Part shown: piece after piece, positions 36,950-47,492 of the stretch
Layout: each line of letters begins with the position of its first letter
How positions within the stretch are numbered: the first letter of the stretch is position 1
Assembly (NCBI GenBank): GCA_017512495.1
Contig: JAFWGF010000009.1
Coordinates: 1 to 58,718, forward strand
Source of the DNA: Bacilli bacterium
GTDB lineage: Bacteria > Bacillota_I > Bacilli_A > RF39 > UBA660
DNA length: 58,718 nucleotides
Direction of reading: 5' to 3'
Notes under the pieces: generated by a model
Seen by the model: only the letters and a program-made list of their open reading frames with translations
The model's database searches: none
Told to the model about the DNA's origin: nothing
Translations under genes and position numbers: made by a program

Positions 36950-39900
36950 TTATTTAATTACTATTGTTGGATATATAAATTGATGGAAATCATCAATAGA
37001 GAAAATAGCTGGTTTAATTCGTACATCTTTTGATGAATCAATTACTTCAATATTTCTTGCTTTTGCATCCACTAAACCATTTTCAATATCTTCATTTATC
37101 ATACTATTCAAAATAGCTCTTCTTACATTAGAATCAGTTATAGTTATTTTTGAAGATGATTTTTTTTCTTTATATTCTAAATCAAAATCACTAAAGAATA
37201 CATTTTCCGCTTGCCCTTTTTCAGTCAAAGTCTTAATAATATCAGACACTTGATCAGAATTCAAAGATATCTTTTCTCCTACTATTGAAAATACTATTTT
37301 ATTATTTTCAATATTTTTCCAGAAGTTCTTAATATTTTTATTATTAGAAATATTTATGTAACCTAAATTTTCATTATTCTTTATAGATATATTTTCTAAA
37401 TTATTATCAGCTAAATTAATTATGCTCAATTTACTATTATCAAGATTTATATCTTTAATATTATTTTTTTGTATTGAGAGATTTAATAAATTGGTCATAT
37501 CACTTAAATCCTTAACATCTTCAATACTATTATTATCTAATACTAGTGATTGTACTTTAGTTAATTTTTTTACTTCACTTAAATCCTTTAAATTAATATC
37601 TTTTAACTCTAAGTAATAAATTTCACTATCATTTAAGACTTCTAAATTTTTAATGTTTTTATTACCAGATAAATTTAATTCCATAACATTATTAGGTTTA
37701 AATCCTTCTAAACTAGAAATCTTATTATTTGCTAAAATTAATGAACTAACATCAATATCATTTAATTGCTTTATATCTTCTATATTATTATTTGATAAAT
37801 CTAAGGCTGTAAATTTTGAAAATTTTGTTTTAATACCAGTTAAATCTGTTAATTTGTTATTTTTTAAAGATAAACCGATAAGATCATTATACGCTGGTAA
37901 TTCATCTATTGTACTAATATTACAACCATCTAATTTTAATTCTGTTAAATATTTTAACTGATTTAAATCCTTAGGTAATGTAGATATATCATTATTAGAT
38001 ACATCTAAAGATGATAATTCAGTTAAATTAGCTATAGTACTAAAATCTGTATTTGTATTACTTAAGTGTAAAATAGATACTTTTGATAATTTATCAAAAC
38101 CTACTATTCCCTCATTTTTACTAATATCTAAACTATATAACTCAGGCATTGATTCTAGAATACTAACATCTTTTATTTTATTACCTGCAAGATTTAAATT
38201 ATACATCCTCATATCCTTTAATGTAGTTATATCCTCTATTTCATTATTTGCTAAATTAAGACTTCCTAATCTTTTCATATCTTTTAAAAATGAGATATCT
38301 TTTATTTTATTATTTGATAAGTCTAGCATAGACAAATTTTCAAACATAGCTAATTCTTTTGTATCATTATCAGTAAGATTTTTATCATTTAATTCTAAAT
38401 CAAAAATACTCTGTAAAGCTAACTTAGGAATATAAGTTTTTCCTTTTACTGTAAAATATGAATATGATAAACGTCTATCTAATATTTCTCTAATAGCTTT
38501 ACTTTTTATAGAATCTAATGCAATTGTATCATCTAATGAAATAGATGTTATACCGCTTAAAGCATCTAAAACACTTTCATCTTCATAAGATATGTAAAAA
38601 TATCCATTATTACCCCATGATTCTGACCATGAGTTTAAAGCGATAAAAGCTCCATCTTTATTTGGTTTAGTTTCACTATTAAATTTTTCTTTTGAGTAAT
38701 TATCATCCCAACCAATTATTGATACTGCATGAAAGCCACGAGAATTAGAAACCTTCGCAAAATCACCATCATAATATAAGGCATTATTTTCAGAATCATA
38801 ATATGGTTGTCCAGCATCTGGCGCTAATATCGAAGCATACACTGAACCATTTTTCATAATGTGATGCTTTACTGTATTAATTAATTCTTCTCTTTGCTCT
38901 TGATATGTTTCTTCACTTATTGTTGGAATTCTATAAACATTTGGAAAGTCAACAGCATTAGTTACTCTAATATCCGTTGTTTTTTGATCTAAGAAAAAGT
39001 CAATACTTTTTACTTCAGGATAATCCCTATACTCAAGTGTTTTTGTTTCCACTGGATTTGTTAATAATAAATATTCTTCATAATCTGAAAAGCTACCCCC
39101 ATCATGAATATCCCTATAACCATATATTTTATCTGACATCAAGTAATCTACATGTATCTTAGATAAATTAATTGGTTTATTATTCTTTAACGCATAATGG
39201 GTTTGTAATGAAGATGTTGAAGCAAAATCCCAGCATAGTCCAAATTGATCTTGATTTTCTACTTCAATTTTTATCTTGTCATTCAAATTAAATTTAGCTG
39301 GTAACTGTTCTTCAGGTTTATAATCTTCTTCTTCCTGCACCTTTTCTAATTCTTCTATTGGTACTTTTTCCTCTCTCGGAATAACTTCTTGCTGTTCCTT
39401 TTGTTCTTCAGTCATATTCTCATATATCTTATAAGTATCTGTCTGATTTTCTTTTTGCTTTTCTTTTTCTTTTTCAGCGATTTTCTCTTTTTCTGCATCA
39501 ACTTTAATTCCAGCTATTACTTTATCTCTATCTGTCATTTTATTTATTTTTTCTTCTTGCTGTTCTATCTTTTTAATAGCTTTATCATAATTGCTTTCAG
39601 CCATTAATACTTCTTCGTTCTTTTTGTTTAATAGTAGTAAAAAGAAAACAATTAAGAATACTGCAAAAGAACCCACAACAATATATAGCCATTTTTTTGT
39701 ATTAAAAGGCTTTTTATCATTCTTAGGTGGTTCAATACCTACTTCTTCATCTTCCTTTACTTCTTCTTCAATTTCTTCTGATTCTCCATCAGATTGTTCT
39801 GTATCAAGTTCTTCCTCTTCTTCAGTTTCTTCTTGTTCTTCATCAGATTGTTCTTCTTCTGATTCTTCTATTGGTGTAGTTCCTTCTTCAAATATATTTT

Positions 39901-39967
39901 CATTGTATTCTTTTTGAGCTTCTTCTAATTCTTCTAATAATTCTTCATCTATCTCTTTTTTAGACAT
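36950..39967 (-). CDS. Membrane-anchored papain-family (C1A) cysteine protease with leucine-rich repeats
   Basis: QDQFGLCWDFA; FHAVSIIGW; LNSWSESWGNNGYF; many LxxLDLSNNxI repeats; acidic N-terminus and one TM. Confidence 0.92.
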   Translation of the reverse strand: MSKKEIDEELLEELEEAQKEYNENIFEEGTTPIEESEEEQSDEEQEETEEEEELDTEQSDGESEEIEEEVKEDEEVGIEPPKNDKKPFNTKKWLYIVVGSFAVFLIVFFLLLLNKKNEEVLMAESNYDKAIKKIEQQEEKINKMTDRDKVIAGIKVDAEKEKIAEKEKEKQKENQTDTYKIYENMTEEQKEQQEVIPREEKVPIEELEKVQEEEDYKPEEQLPAKFNLNDKIKIEVENQDQFGLCWDFASTSSLQTHYALKNNKPINLSKIHVDYLMSDKIYGYRDIHDGGSFSDYEEYLLLTNPVETKTLEYRDYPEVKSIDFFLDQKTTDIRVTNAVDFPNVYRIPTISEETYQEQREELINTVKHHIMKNGSVYASILAPDAGQPYYDSENNALYYDGDFAKVSNSRGFHAVSIIGWDDNYSKEKFNSETKPNKDGAFIALNSWSESWGNNGYFYISYEDESVLDALSGITSISLDDTIALDSIKSKAIREILDRRLSYSYFTVKGKTYIPKLALQSIFDLELNDKNLTDNDTKELAMFENLSMLDLSNNKIKDISFLKDMKRLGSLNLANNEIEDITTLKDMRMYNLNLAGNKIKDVSILESMPELYSLDISKNEGIVGFDKLSKVSILHLSNTNTDFSTIANLTELSSLDVSNNDISTLPKDLNQLKYLTELKLDGCNISTIDELPAYNDLIGLSLKNNKLTDLTGIKTKFSKFTALDLSNNNIEDIKQLNDIDVSSLILANNKISSLEGFKPNNVMELNLSGNKNIKNLEVLNDSEIYYLELKDINLKDLSEVKKLTKVQSLVLDNNSIEDVKDLSDMTNLLNLSIQKNNIKDINLDNSKLSIINLADNNLENISIKNNENLGYINISNNKNIKNFWKNIENNKIVFSIVGEKISLNSDQVSDIIKTLTEKGQAENVFFSDFDLEYKEKKSSSKITITDSNVRRAILNSMINEDIENGLVDAKARNIEVIDSSKDVRIKPAIFSIDDFHQFIYPTIVIK

Positions 39968-40081
39968 AAAACACTCTCCTACTCTAATTACAGACTATCA
40001 TATAAACAATTCTTTGTAAATTATGTTAAACAAAAAAATACATCACTTTACAAAATGATGTATTATTTACTTTTAATAGAT

Positions 40082-40864
40082 TTAAACTCCCATTGTTTTT
40101 GTTTCTGGAAGTGTACTTGCTCCATCTATAACTATTCCTTGACCAGTAATATAACTAGATTCATCTGAAGCTAAGAAAGCAGCTAATTCTCCTACTTCTT
40201 CAATCTTTCCTAGTCTTCCCATTGGAATACCCTCAGCAATGCCGTCAATAACACTTTGAGGATTTTCAGGACATGATAATTTAGACATATTCTCAACCAT
40301 TGGTGTCAAAATATATCCTGGCATAATGGCATTTACAGTTATATTATCAGTAACTAATTCCATAGCTAAAGACTTAGTAAATCCTAAAATAGCAGACTTA
40401 GTTGTTGCATAAGCAACTTCTCCACTATCCGCAACCATTGGCCCAGTAACACTACTTAAATTAACGATTTTACCATATTTCTTTTCAATCATATGAGGAA
40501 CAACTGATTTAGATACATTCCAAGTACCAATAATATTAATACCAAAATGATTATCCCTAACAGTATCATCCATATCTACAAATTTTTCTAAGTAACAAAT
40601 ACCTGCATTGTTTACCAATACATCTATCTTACCAAACTTTTCAATTACTTCAGCTACATATTTATCAATCATTTCTTTATCTCTAATATCTACTTTATAG
40701 CCTACTAAATTTGGATTGTTCTTCTCTTCTACTGTTTCAAATACTTTATCAGAATAATCAAAAATCACTACCTTTGCTCCATACTTTAAAAATACTTCTA
40801 CTATTCCTAAGCCATTTCCCATGGCTCCTCCTGTTACAATACATACTTTGTTTTCTAATTTCAT
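40082..40864 (-). CDS. ucpA: SDR-family oxidoreductase UcpA
   Basis: TGGAMGNG; NNAG; SSVTGPMVAD; YATTK; STLPET C-terminus. Confidence 0.9.
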   Translation of the reverse strand: MKLENKVCIVTGGAMGNGLGIVEVFLKYGAKVVIFDYSDKVFETVEEKNNPNLVGYKVDIRDKEMIDKYVAEVIEKFGKIDVLVNNAGICYLEKFVDMDDTVRDNHFGINIIGTWNVSKSVVPHMIEKKYGKIVNLSSVTGPMVADSGEVAYATTKSAILGFTKSLAMELVTDNITVNAIMPGYILTPMVENMSKLSCPENPQSVIDGIAEGIPMGRLGKIEEVGELAAFLASDESSYITGQGIVIDGASTLPETKTMGV

Positions 40865-40880
40865 AATTTATTCCTTCTTT

Positions 40881-42323
40881 CTATCTTACTTTACTTCTAT
40901 CATTATAATAATTTACGGTATACTCAGTAGCCCAAGTATATAAATCATTAATACTTATTTCACCTATAAAATCTAAATCAATAGCTTTTTCATTTTTGGG
41001 ATCAGCATCATAAAATGCAATTTTATCACCTATAGTAGTATGCCATCTTGAATGAACAAGGCTATTTCTTAATTCTTCTCTTTTATACGTTTCACTACCT
41101 ATTGTAATATACTCATCCGTGCATAATGTACTTATCACATAATCTACATACATAGTAATTGGCATTGCGATTGAACTTCCCTGTATATTTAAATCAAGAT
41201 ACATATATAGAGCCCTCAAAGTTGGAATTTTATCAACCATAGCTTTATGTATCTGAGTATCATGTTCGCTAGAATAAAGATTACAATCAGGATTCAATAC
41301 CACATTTCCTATTCTAGAAATTATATCATTATAACTAAGGTTATAACGAGAAAAGAACACATCATTATATAACCTTTGATTTTCCAGTATTTCTTGTTTT
41401 AATGCTGGAATTGGTAATAACCTAGTTAAAAAATAAGTTATAATATTTCTTTTTCCATATTTATGAATCATGTTCATGTTGTACTTTGTAAAAGATCTGA
41501 TATTTTGATACAATGTTTCTTTTTGTAGAGCTGTCATTTCATACATACGTGAATCAGAAAAGCCCTTAGCATATTCTTCATATTCACTTTTTTCAATTCC
41601 TAATGGAGTATAAGCTGGCATTTCATTAAACTTATTAATTTGTTCTTCCGACAGTTTTCTTCTAAAATTATAAAATGGAATTTTTATTCTATCAATTTCA
41701 TCGCGTAATCCTTTTGATTTAAATTTAAAATCTCTAGGAATACTAAATCTCATATAATTAACATTTTCCGCTTTTTTACAAATTTCTTGGTGCAATTTAT
41801 CAAGATACTTCAAATCAACAGTTATTTTTAATGGTTGTTCTAAACCTCCATTAGACTTTTCTTTTGGAGATCTAATATCTTTAAAATTTATCTCAATATA
41901 TTCTAGGTCATCTGATAATCTAAATTTATCAAAATCATCATTATCATTGTGATTAAAAGCATTTCTAATTAACTGAACAATTCTTTTTTTTGACAAATTT
42001 GCATTACTAGGTTCTATAGAACATTTTTTTATAAAATCATCCAATTTATTTTCACTTAAATAATTATCTCTGTTAAGTAAAAAATCCTCTGTTATCGAAT
42101 AATTTTTAAGTGCTAATTGTACACGATAAACCCCTACTATTTTTTTGAAATACTCCTCATTCGCTAATTCTGGTCTCCCAGTTTGCTCCATGTAATCCTT
42201 AAAAATAGTTTCTATAGTAATATCCGAATAATTTACTACTCTATACTGAATATTTACATAGTCATGCAAACACATAGCAATTTCTCTTTTTGACATCATA
42301 CTCATACTTAAGCCCCCAGTCAT
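40881..42323 (-). CDS. Hypothetical protein with two HEPN-like RNxxxH motifs
   Basis: IRNAFNH (R120) and LRNSLVH (R419). Confidence 0.6.
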   Translation of the reverse strand: MTGGLSMSMMSKREIAMCLHDYVNIQYRVVNYSDITIETIFKDYMEQTGRPELANEEYFKKIVGVYRVQLALKNYSITEDFLLNRDNYLSENKLDDFIKKCSIEPSNANLSKKRIVQLIRNAFNHNDNDDFDKFRLSDDLEYIEINFKDIRSPKEKSNGGLEQPLKITVDLKYLDKLHQEICKKAENVNYMRFSIPRDFKFKSKGLRDEIDRIKIPFYNFRRKLSEEQINKFNEMPAYTPLGIEKSEYEEYAKGFSDSRMYEMTALQKETLYQNIRSFTKYNMNMIHKYGKRNIITYFLTRLLPIPALKQEILENQRLYNDVFFSRYNLSYNDIISRIGNVVLNPDCNLYSSEHDTQIHKAMVDKIPTLRALYMYLDLNIQGSSIAMPITMYVDYVISTLCTDEYITIGSETYKREELRNSLVHSRWHTTIGDKIAFYDADPKNEKAIDLDFIGEISINDLYTWATEYTVNYYNDRSKVR

Positions 42324-42412
42324 ATAGAACTGAAATAGGTTTTAATCTACCCTTTTAAGTATATCATATATTACTTTTGATGCGTAAATTAAACGTCAAA
42401 TAAAAAAGAAGT

Positions 42413-43231
42413 TTACACTTCTTTGATATAAATTGCTCCACTAGCATTATCTCTTCCTTTAAAAGGAACAATATAATTAGCTAAAAACTTTCTTTTTAAA
42501 CGCTTTGGTACTTTTAAGTTTTGATCAATATAAACAGCTTCTTCAATAATACTATCTAATAGAAAGGTACTAGGCGTTTTTCTAATTAAACTTTTAATCT
42601 TACTATCAGTAATAATATCAGTAACACCATCAGATAATAAAATTAAGATATCATAATCATTATCAATAATAGTAGTTGATACTGTACATAATTCTTTACA
42701 AATACCAACACAAGCAGTAACAATATTATTATTTGAAAAATATCTTAAATCATCTTTCTTTACTTCTCCATATTTATAATACATCCAAACATCTGAATCA
42801 TCTTCAGTTACTTGAATTAATCTTCTATTTCTATAAATATATCCTCTTGAGTCCCCTATATTTATTAATAATGTTTGTTTTTTATTTATTAAAGCTAGTG
42901 TAAGTGTAGTACCTAATTTATCTTCACCATACTTTTTTATTAAATTACTATTTAGTGTTTTTATATACTTAGTTAAAAGTTCACTAACTCTTTCAATATC
43001 ATTTAATTCTTTTATTTCTTTATTTTGGAACCATTTTTCTAATGAATCAGTTACGTAATTAGCAGCTACTTCTCCATGATCTCTACCACCCATACCATCA
43101 GCAACTACTAATAATTTATAATTCTTATTCTTCTTATGAGTAATTGCTAAAGCAGCATCTTCATTTTTTTCTCTAATTAATCCAACATGTGTTTTTATCT
43201 CTAATACTTCCATAAAAATAGCTCCAATCAC
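42413..43231 (-). CDS. PP2C-family Ser/Thr protein phosphatase (likely start 43213)
   Basis: REKNED; VADGMGG; NIGDSR; LSDGV; RDN. Confidence 0.92.
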   Translation of the reverse strand: MIGAIFMEVLEIKTHVGLIREKNEDAALAITHKKNKNYKLLVVADGMGGRDHGEVAANYVTDSLEKWFQNKEIKELNDIERVSELLTKYIKTLNSNLIKKYGEDKLGTTLTLALINKKQTLLINIGDSRGYIYRNRRLIQVTEDDSDVWMYYKYGEVKKDDLRYFSNNNIVTACVGICKELCTVSTTIIDNDYDILILLSDGVTDIITDSKIKSLIRKTPSTFLLDSIIEEAVYIDQNLKVPKRLKRKFLANYIVPFKGRDNASGAIYIKEV

Positions 43232-43268
43232 CTTTTTATTATATCATTTTAAGTGTCAAAAAAAAATA

Positions 43269-43294
43269 TGCTTTACAGAGTTTACTGTAAAGCA
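43269..43294 (-). terminator. asnS terminator
   Basis: TGCTTTACAG-N6-CTGTAAAGCA plus T run on the minus strand. Confidence 0.8.
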
Positions 43295-43299
43295 ATATT

Positions 43300-44700
43300 T
43301 TAAAAATCACAATTTCCTGGAGTTCTTGGATATGGAATAGCATCTCTAATATTATCAATTCCTGTTAAATACATAATTAATCTTTCAAAACCCATTCCAA
43401 ATCCTGAGTGATAACAACCACCATATTGTCTAAGTTTCATATACCACTCCATACCTTCTTTAGACATACCCATTTCATCCATACGTCTATCTAAGACATC
43501 AAAACGTTCCTCTCTTTGAGATCCACCCATTAGTTCACCACTTCCAGGAACTAATAAATCAACAGCTCCAACAGTTTCATTATCATCGTTTAATCTCATA
43601 TAGAAAGCTTTAATATCTTTAGGCCAATTATAAACAAATACTGGACACTTGAATTTTTCTTCAGTTAAATACTTTTCATGTTCACGAGCCAAATCTTCTC
43701 CATATTTTGGTTCAAATTCAAAATCTTTTCCAGATTCAATTAGACATTTAATCGCATCATGATGAGTAATTCTAACTGCTTTTGAATTTACAAAATCAGT
43801 TAATTTCTTTAATAATCCTTTTTCTACAAAATTATCTAAGAAAACTAATTCTTCATGACAATTATCTAAAACATATTTAACAATATATTTTAGTGATTCT
43901 TCCATAATATCCATATCACCATCTAAATCGCAGAAAGCTATTTCAGGTTCAATCATCCAGAATTCATTCGCATGTGTTTTAGTATTAGAATTTTCTGCTC
44001 TAAATGTTGGCCCAAAAGTATAAATCTTTTGATAAGCTAAAGCAAATGTTTCTCCTTGTAATTGTCCAGACACAGTAAGAGATGTTTCTTTTCCAAAGAA
44101 GTCTTTACTATAATCTACTTTTCCATCTTTAGTCTTTGGAAGATTATCTAAATCTAAAGTAGTTACTCTAAACATTTCTCCGGCACCTTCACAGTCAGCA
44201 GCTGTAATAATTGGTGAATGTAAATAAATATAATCATTTTCTTGAAAATACTTATGAATTGCATAAGCTGCCTTACTTCTAATTCTAAATACTGCTTGGA
44301 ACAAGTTAGTTCTAGGACGAAGATAAGCTTGTTCTCTTAAGAATTCACGAGAATGCTTTTTTGGTTGAATAGGATAATCTTCAGGACAATCACCTAATAA
44401 AACAACTTCACTGGCTTGAATTTCAAAATCCTGTTCTTCTTTAGGAGATTTAACTACTTTACCAGTTACTTTAATTGCACTTCCGTTATGAATCTTCTGA
44501 ATTTCATCAAAATCTTTTAACTTATTATCATAAACAATCTGAATTGGTGTAAAGAAAGTACCATCAGAAAAAGAGATGAATCCAAATTCTTTTTGCTTAC
44601 GATGATTCTTAATCCATCCTTCTAAAGTTACTTTTTTACCAATATACTTTTTACTATCTTTAAATAATTCTCTATCTGTCATAATCTTCCCTCTTTTCAC
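43300..44700 (-). CDS. asnS: Asparagine--tRNA ligase
   Basis: LTVSGQL; FGPTFRAENSNT; GGSQREER; GFGMGFER. Confidence 0.97.
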   Translation of the reverse strand: MKRGKIMTDRELFKDSKKYIGKKVTLEGWIKNHRKQKEFGFISFSDGTFFTPIQIVYDNKLKDFDEIQKIHNGSAIKVTGKVVKSPKEEQDFEIQASEVVLLGDCPEDYPIQPKKHSREFLREQAYLRPRTNLFQAVFRIRSKAAYAIHKYFQENDYIYLHSPIITAADCEGAGEMFRVTTLDLDNLPKTKDGKVDYSKDFFGKETSLTVSGQLQGETFALAYQKIYTFGPTFRAENSNTKTHANEFWMIEPEIAFCDLDGDMDIMEESLKYIVKYVLDNCHEELVFLDNFVEKGLLKKLTDFVNSKAVRITHHDAIKCLIESGKDFEFEPKYGEDLAREHEKYLTEEKFKCPVFVYNWPKDIKAFYMRLNDDNETVGAVDLLVPGSGELMGGSQREERFDVLDRRMDEMGMSKEGMEWYMKLRQYGGCYHSGFGMGFERLIMYLTGIDNIRDAIPYPRTPGNCDF

Positions 44701-44746
44701 ATCACTCTATTATTTTATATTTTATATTATGTTTTTTCAAGTTGTT

Positions 44747-45901
44747 TTACATAATTCCACTATAATATTTCCAAGAAATTACTCTAATAACTGCTTTATT
44801 AATTGTATCCATTGAGATATTTTTATCTTCAATAGACTTTAATACTTCTTTATACATAGATACAAAATCACTTGTAATTATCATATCATTTCCAGCATTA
44901 ATAGCTAAAGTAGCAGCTTTTCCATCATCAACATAAGCTTTTACAGCATCCATAGCTAAATCATCAGTAATAATAATACCAGTAAAATTCAAAGTGTTTC
45001 TTAATTCATTTATTACTTTTTTACTAAGAGATGCCGGATACTCAGGATCCATACATTTAACTAAATTATGAGCTACTAAAATACTAGGAACATTTTCTTT
45101 AATACCAGCTTCAAATGGAATAAAGTCTTCATTTTTAAACTGTTCATATGGTCTTTCATCAATAGCAATTCCATCATGAGTATCAACATTATTTCCATAT
45201 CCAGGAAAATGTTTTAAACAAGAATTAATCTTACTATCTTTAGCGTACTTAACCATATTTCTAATAAAATCAGCTGTCTCAGTAGCTCCACTACCAAAAG
45301 CTCTTGAATAGATAAAATCATTCTCATTAGTAGAAACATCTGCCACTGGAGCTAAATTTAAATTAAGACCTATTTCTTTTAACAATTCAGCTTTTTCATG
45401 TTCAATACTTTTCAACAATTCATATCCACCCTCTAAATAATATTCTTTAGGGGCTTTAAATTTTTCACTTCTAAACTCTGTAAATTTACTAACTCTAGTA
45501 ACATATCCTCCCTCTTCATCTACTCCAAAAATTAGAGGATATTTATTCATACTATTAACTTTATCTAATTCGCTTCTCATACTTTCTTTAGTATGATTTT
45601 CAAAATCTCTAGCAAACAAAATATAACCACCAGGATTAAAATTACTTAGATACTCTGTATCATTATAAGCATATCTAACTAAAAACAATTGAGCTACTTT
45701 TTCCTCAGTAGTCATTTTATCTACTACTTTAATCGCATCATTATAATACTTTTTAAACATTGATTTTCTTACATCTTCATCCTTCAAAGTTATTACTTTT
45801 TCATCTTTCACTTTTTTCTCATCAACTTTTTCCTTATTAAAATAAAAGTATCCTACTACTCCTAATCCAATTAATAGAATTAGTAAAAATATTTTTTTCA
45901 T
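44747..45901 (-). CDS. GH3 glycoside hydrolase, NagZ-type beta-N-acetylhexosaminidase, membrane-anchored
   Basis: VDEEGG; LAPVAD; KHFPGYGNNVDTH; ITDDLAM. Confidence 0.88.
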   Translation of the reverse strand: MKKIFLLILLIGLGVVGYFYFNKEKVDEKKVKDEKVITLKDEDVRKSMFKKYYNDAIKVVDKMTTEEKVAQLFLVRYAYNDTEYLSNFNPGGYILFARDFENHTKESMRSELDKVNSMNKYPLIFGVDEEGGYVTRVSKFTEFRSEKFKAPKEYYLEGGYELLKSIEHEKAELLKEIGLNLNLAPVADVSTNENDFIYSRAFGSGATETADFIRNMVKYAKDSKINSCLKHFPGYGNNVDTHDGIAIDERPYEQFKNEDFIPFEAGIKENVPSILVAHNLVKCMDPEYPASLSKKVINELRNTLNFTGIIITDDLAMDAVKAYVDDGKAATLAINAGNDMIITSDFVSMYKEVLKSIEDKNISMDTINKAVIRVISWKYYSGIM

Positions 45902-45903
45902 AA

Positions 45904-46758
45904 TTACTCCTTATTCATAATTTTCTTAAATTCATTAGGAATATTTGTTTCAAATAAGATATCTTTTTTCAACTCCGGATAATACATCTTCAGTCTATTA
46001 GCATGTAAGTATAATCTACTTTTATCATCTTTAATATTTCCATATTTGTTATCACCAACTATTGGATGATTCAAATTATTAAAAGCCACTCTTATTTGAT
46101 TCTTTCTACCAGTTTCAATAGTAATATCCACTAAAGAATAATTACTATTTTCTTTAATTACTTTATAGTTAGTAATTGCTTCTTTTCCATCACCATTTCT
46201 AACTGCATAAACTAAATTAATTTTATTCTCTTTTAAATATTCAACAATTCTATCTTCTTTATTTTTTAAATGACCATGAACGACAGCTGTATATTCACGA
46301 AGACTAACATAATCATTCCAGTTTTCTTGTAATTTATTCTTAATTTTTTGATTCTTTGCTAAAACAACTATTCCACTAGTATCCTTATCTAGTCTATGAA
46401 CAATAAATACTTTAGCATTACGATTTTTACTAACTAAATACTCTCTTACTATATGATATAAAGTCTTTTCTTTTTCTTTAGCTGTTGCGATAGTAAGTAA
46501 ACCGCTAGGTTTATTAACAACAATAATATTATCATCTTCAAATAATATATCAAAAGGCAATTCAGCCTTGCCTTTATTATCAGTATCAATAACAATCTTC
46601 ATTCCCGGAACTAATTTATAATTATACTTAGTAGTTTTATTATTATTCACATAAATTGCTCCATGAGTTAAATACTGTTTTATTCTCTTTTTAGGCATAT
46701 CTAAATTATTATATAAATAATCTAGTAACTCACCCTCTTGTTTTACTACTAACTTCAT
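45904..46758 (-). CDS. RluA-family pseudouridine synthase
   Basis: NKPSG; VHRLDKDTSG; TGRKNQIR; IVGDNKY. Confidence 0.95.
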   Translation of the reverse strand: MKLVVKQEGELLDYLYNNLDMPKKRIKQYLTHGAIYVNNNKTTKYNYKLVPGMKIVIDTDNKGKAELPFDILFEDDNIIVVNKPSGLLTIATAKEKEKTLYHIVREYLVSKNRNAKVFIVHRLDKDTSGIVVLAKNQKIKNKLQENWNDYVSLREYTAVVHGHLKNKEDRIVEYLKENKINLVYAVRNGDGKEAITNYKVIKENSNYSLVDITIETGRKNQIRVAFNNLNHPIVGDNKYGNIKDDKSRLYLHANRLKMYYPELKKDILFETNIPNEFKKIMNKE

Positions 46759-46771
46759 AGTTCCTCCTTGT

Positions 46772-47467
46772 TTATATTTTTTTTAATACTTTTTCTACTC
46801 CTTCGTCATTATTAGAAGCAGTCTTCTTTTTAGTAATCTTTTTCAAATCATTTGTAGCATTATCAACAACATAATTATGGGGAATATTACTAATCAATGC
46901 TTTATCACTATCATTTCCACCTACTACTAATACTTCATTTAAAGAAATACTATTTCTCAAACTTATTTGGTCTACTCCAGTAAACATACTAATCTTATTA
47001 TTAACAAATTCTAGATATTTTTTATTATTAATTTCTAAAACAGAATAATTTAAGTTAATCTTATCTAATTTATTCAATTCTTCAAGATTAGTTATTTCTA
47101 CTTCTACTTTATAAATATCTTTATCTACTAATTCATTATAAACATTTGCTTCAGTATAATAATATATTTTATAGCCATCAAATAACTGACTAATCTTCTT
47201 TAAATTAGTTAAAGATATTTTCTTTTTAGATAGACATTTATTTTTATTAACATCATAAACATAACTACCATTTAAAGATACAATATAATCTATAAATGGA
47301 AAGTCATGATTATACTCCAATATTTCTGTATAAAATCTATTAGTACAAATACAGAATAATATACCTTTATTTCTAATTCTATCTATTTCTAATACAGTAC
47401 TAGTTGGAATAGCTTCTTCATTATCTATAATAGTATTATAAAAACTACTTACTACCATCTTTATCAT
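46772..47467 (-). CDS. Cof-type HAD-family homolog with degenerate active site
   Basis: IKMVVSSFYNTII (for DxDGT); CTNR; LNGS; GGNDSD; SNNDEGV. Confidence 0.75.
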   Translation of the reverse strand: MIKMVVSSFYNTIIDNEEAIPTSTVLEIDRIRNKGILFCICTNRFYTEILEYNHDFPFIDYIVSLNGSYVYDVNKNKCLSKKKISLTNLKKISQLFDGYKIYYYTEANVYNELVDKDIYKVEVEITNLEELNKLDKINLNYSVLEINNKKYLEFVNNKISMFTGVDQISLRNSISLNEVLVVGGNDSDKALISNIPHNYVVDNATNDLKKITKKKTASNNDEGVEKVLKKI

Positions 47468-47492
47468 ATTTATTCCCCCAAATATTATTAAT

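Noticed and set aside
40881-42412. Calling the dual-HEPN gene a Cas13
   Set aside because: No direct repeats in the 16-bp and 89-bp flanking gaps; two short motifs are insufficient.
44701-44746. T-box riboswitch upstream of asnS
   Set aside because: The intergenic space is far too short and has no T-box consensus.
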